Part shown: positions 63,503 through 64,000 of the stretch, one piece after another
Layout: every line of letters starts with the position of its first letter
How positions within the stretch are numbered: the stretch's first letter is position 1
Assembly: GCA_951804945.1 (NCBI GenBank)
Contig: OX638154.1
Span: 67,952,001-68,016,000, forward strand
Direction of reading: 5' to 3'
Length of the DNA: 64,000 nucleotides
Source: Podarcis cretensis
Lineage: Eukaryota
Program-made: the position numbers and the translations under genes
Notes under the pieces: generated by a model
Databases searched by the model: none
The model's input: only the letters and a program-made list of their open reading frames with translations
What the model was told of the DNA's origin: nothing

Positions 63503-64000
63503 GCTCACTGCTGCTGAATTCTACAGACTATGAATTCCACAGAATACAGACAAAGTATAGCAGCCAATCTGATCAAAACTGCAAGATCAACTTAGTATTG
63601 TGCTACTTGGCTTGTACTCAAGATTCTTTATCCCATACTTGTGCCTTGTTAAGATAGCATTTGGCTGTAATTTAAAAATAAAAAGCTTTGTCCTCTCTGT
63701 AGTTAGAAGGCTGAGTATTAGTCACTGCCTCTGTTCTGTGTCACTACCAAACCTGTCAGCGTGGGCTGTTTATTACAAAATTAATGCCATCTTATTGAAC
63801 AATAAGACTTCACCAATCTCCATAGTCAAAATGCTGGTAAATTCTTTTGAACAGCTGTGCATTCTATTATGAAAATAATCAAATATTATATATCCACTTC
63901 ACAATTCGTATCTTTTAAAAGAGCATGCCAGTAACCCTTAATGTAAACTAAAACCCATCTCTAGAATCTGCAAGACAGGATATAAATGCATTACATGGAC

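Overview
Eukaryotic vertebrate DNA, almost certainly from a squamate (probably a lacertid lizard, inferred from Sauria SINEs and the repeat families present). The window lies inside PIGK (GPI-anchor transamidase catalytic subunit, GPI8) on the minus strand. Two coding exons (61689-61861 and 1604-1679) flank a single ~60 kb phase-2 intron. Most of the other recognisable sequence is transposon-derived: a full-length ~7.1 kb L1 with a 19-bp TSD, a 5'-truncated L1, a young CR1 3' end, L2 tails, six Sauria SINEs, other tRNA-SINEs, Tc1/mariner and hAT MITEs, hAT transposase relics, several solo LTRs, and small RTE-like and Penelope-like fragments. The best leads are: (1) solo LTRs of diverged subfamilies that appear to share a decayed reading frame (Trp/acidic N-part, SPRTRR...RRSxRLL basic C-part); (2) both L1 copies inserted into the left terminal inverted repeat of a hAT element; (3) MITEs with shared ends but swapped hairpin-minisatellite cores; (4) a candidate recursive splice site near the middle of the long intron. 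No prokaryotic-type system, CRISPR array, rRNA or intact tRNA gene is evident. All family names are from recalled motifs, not database searches.
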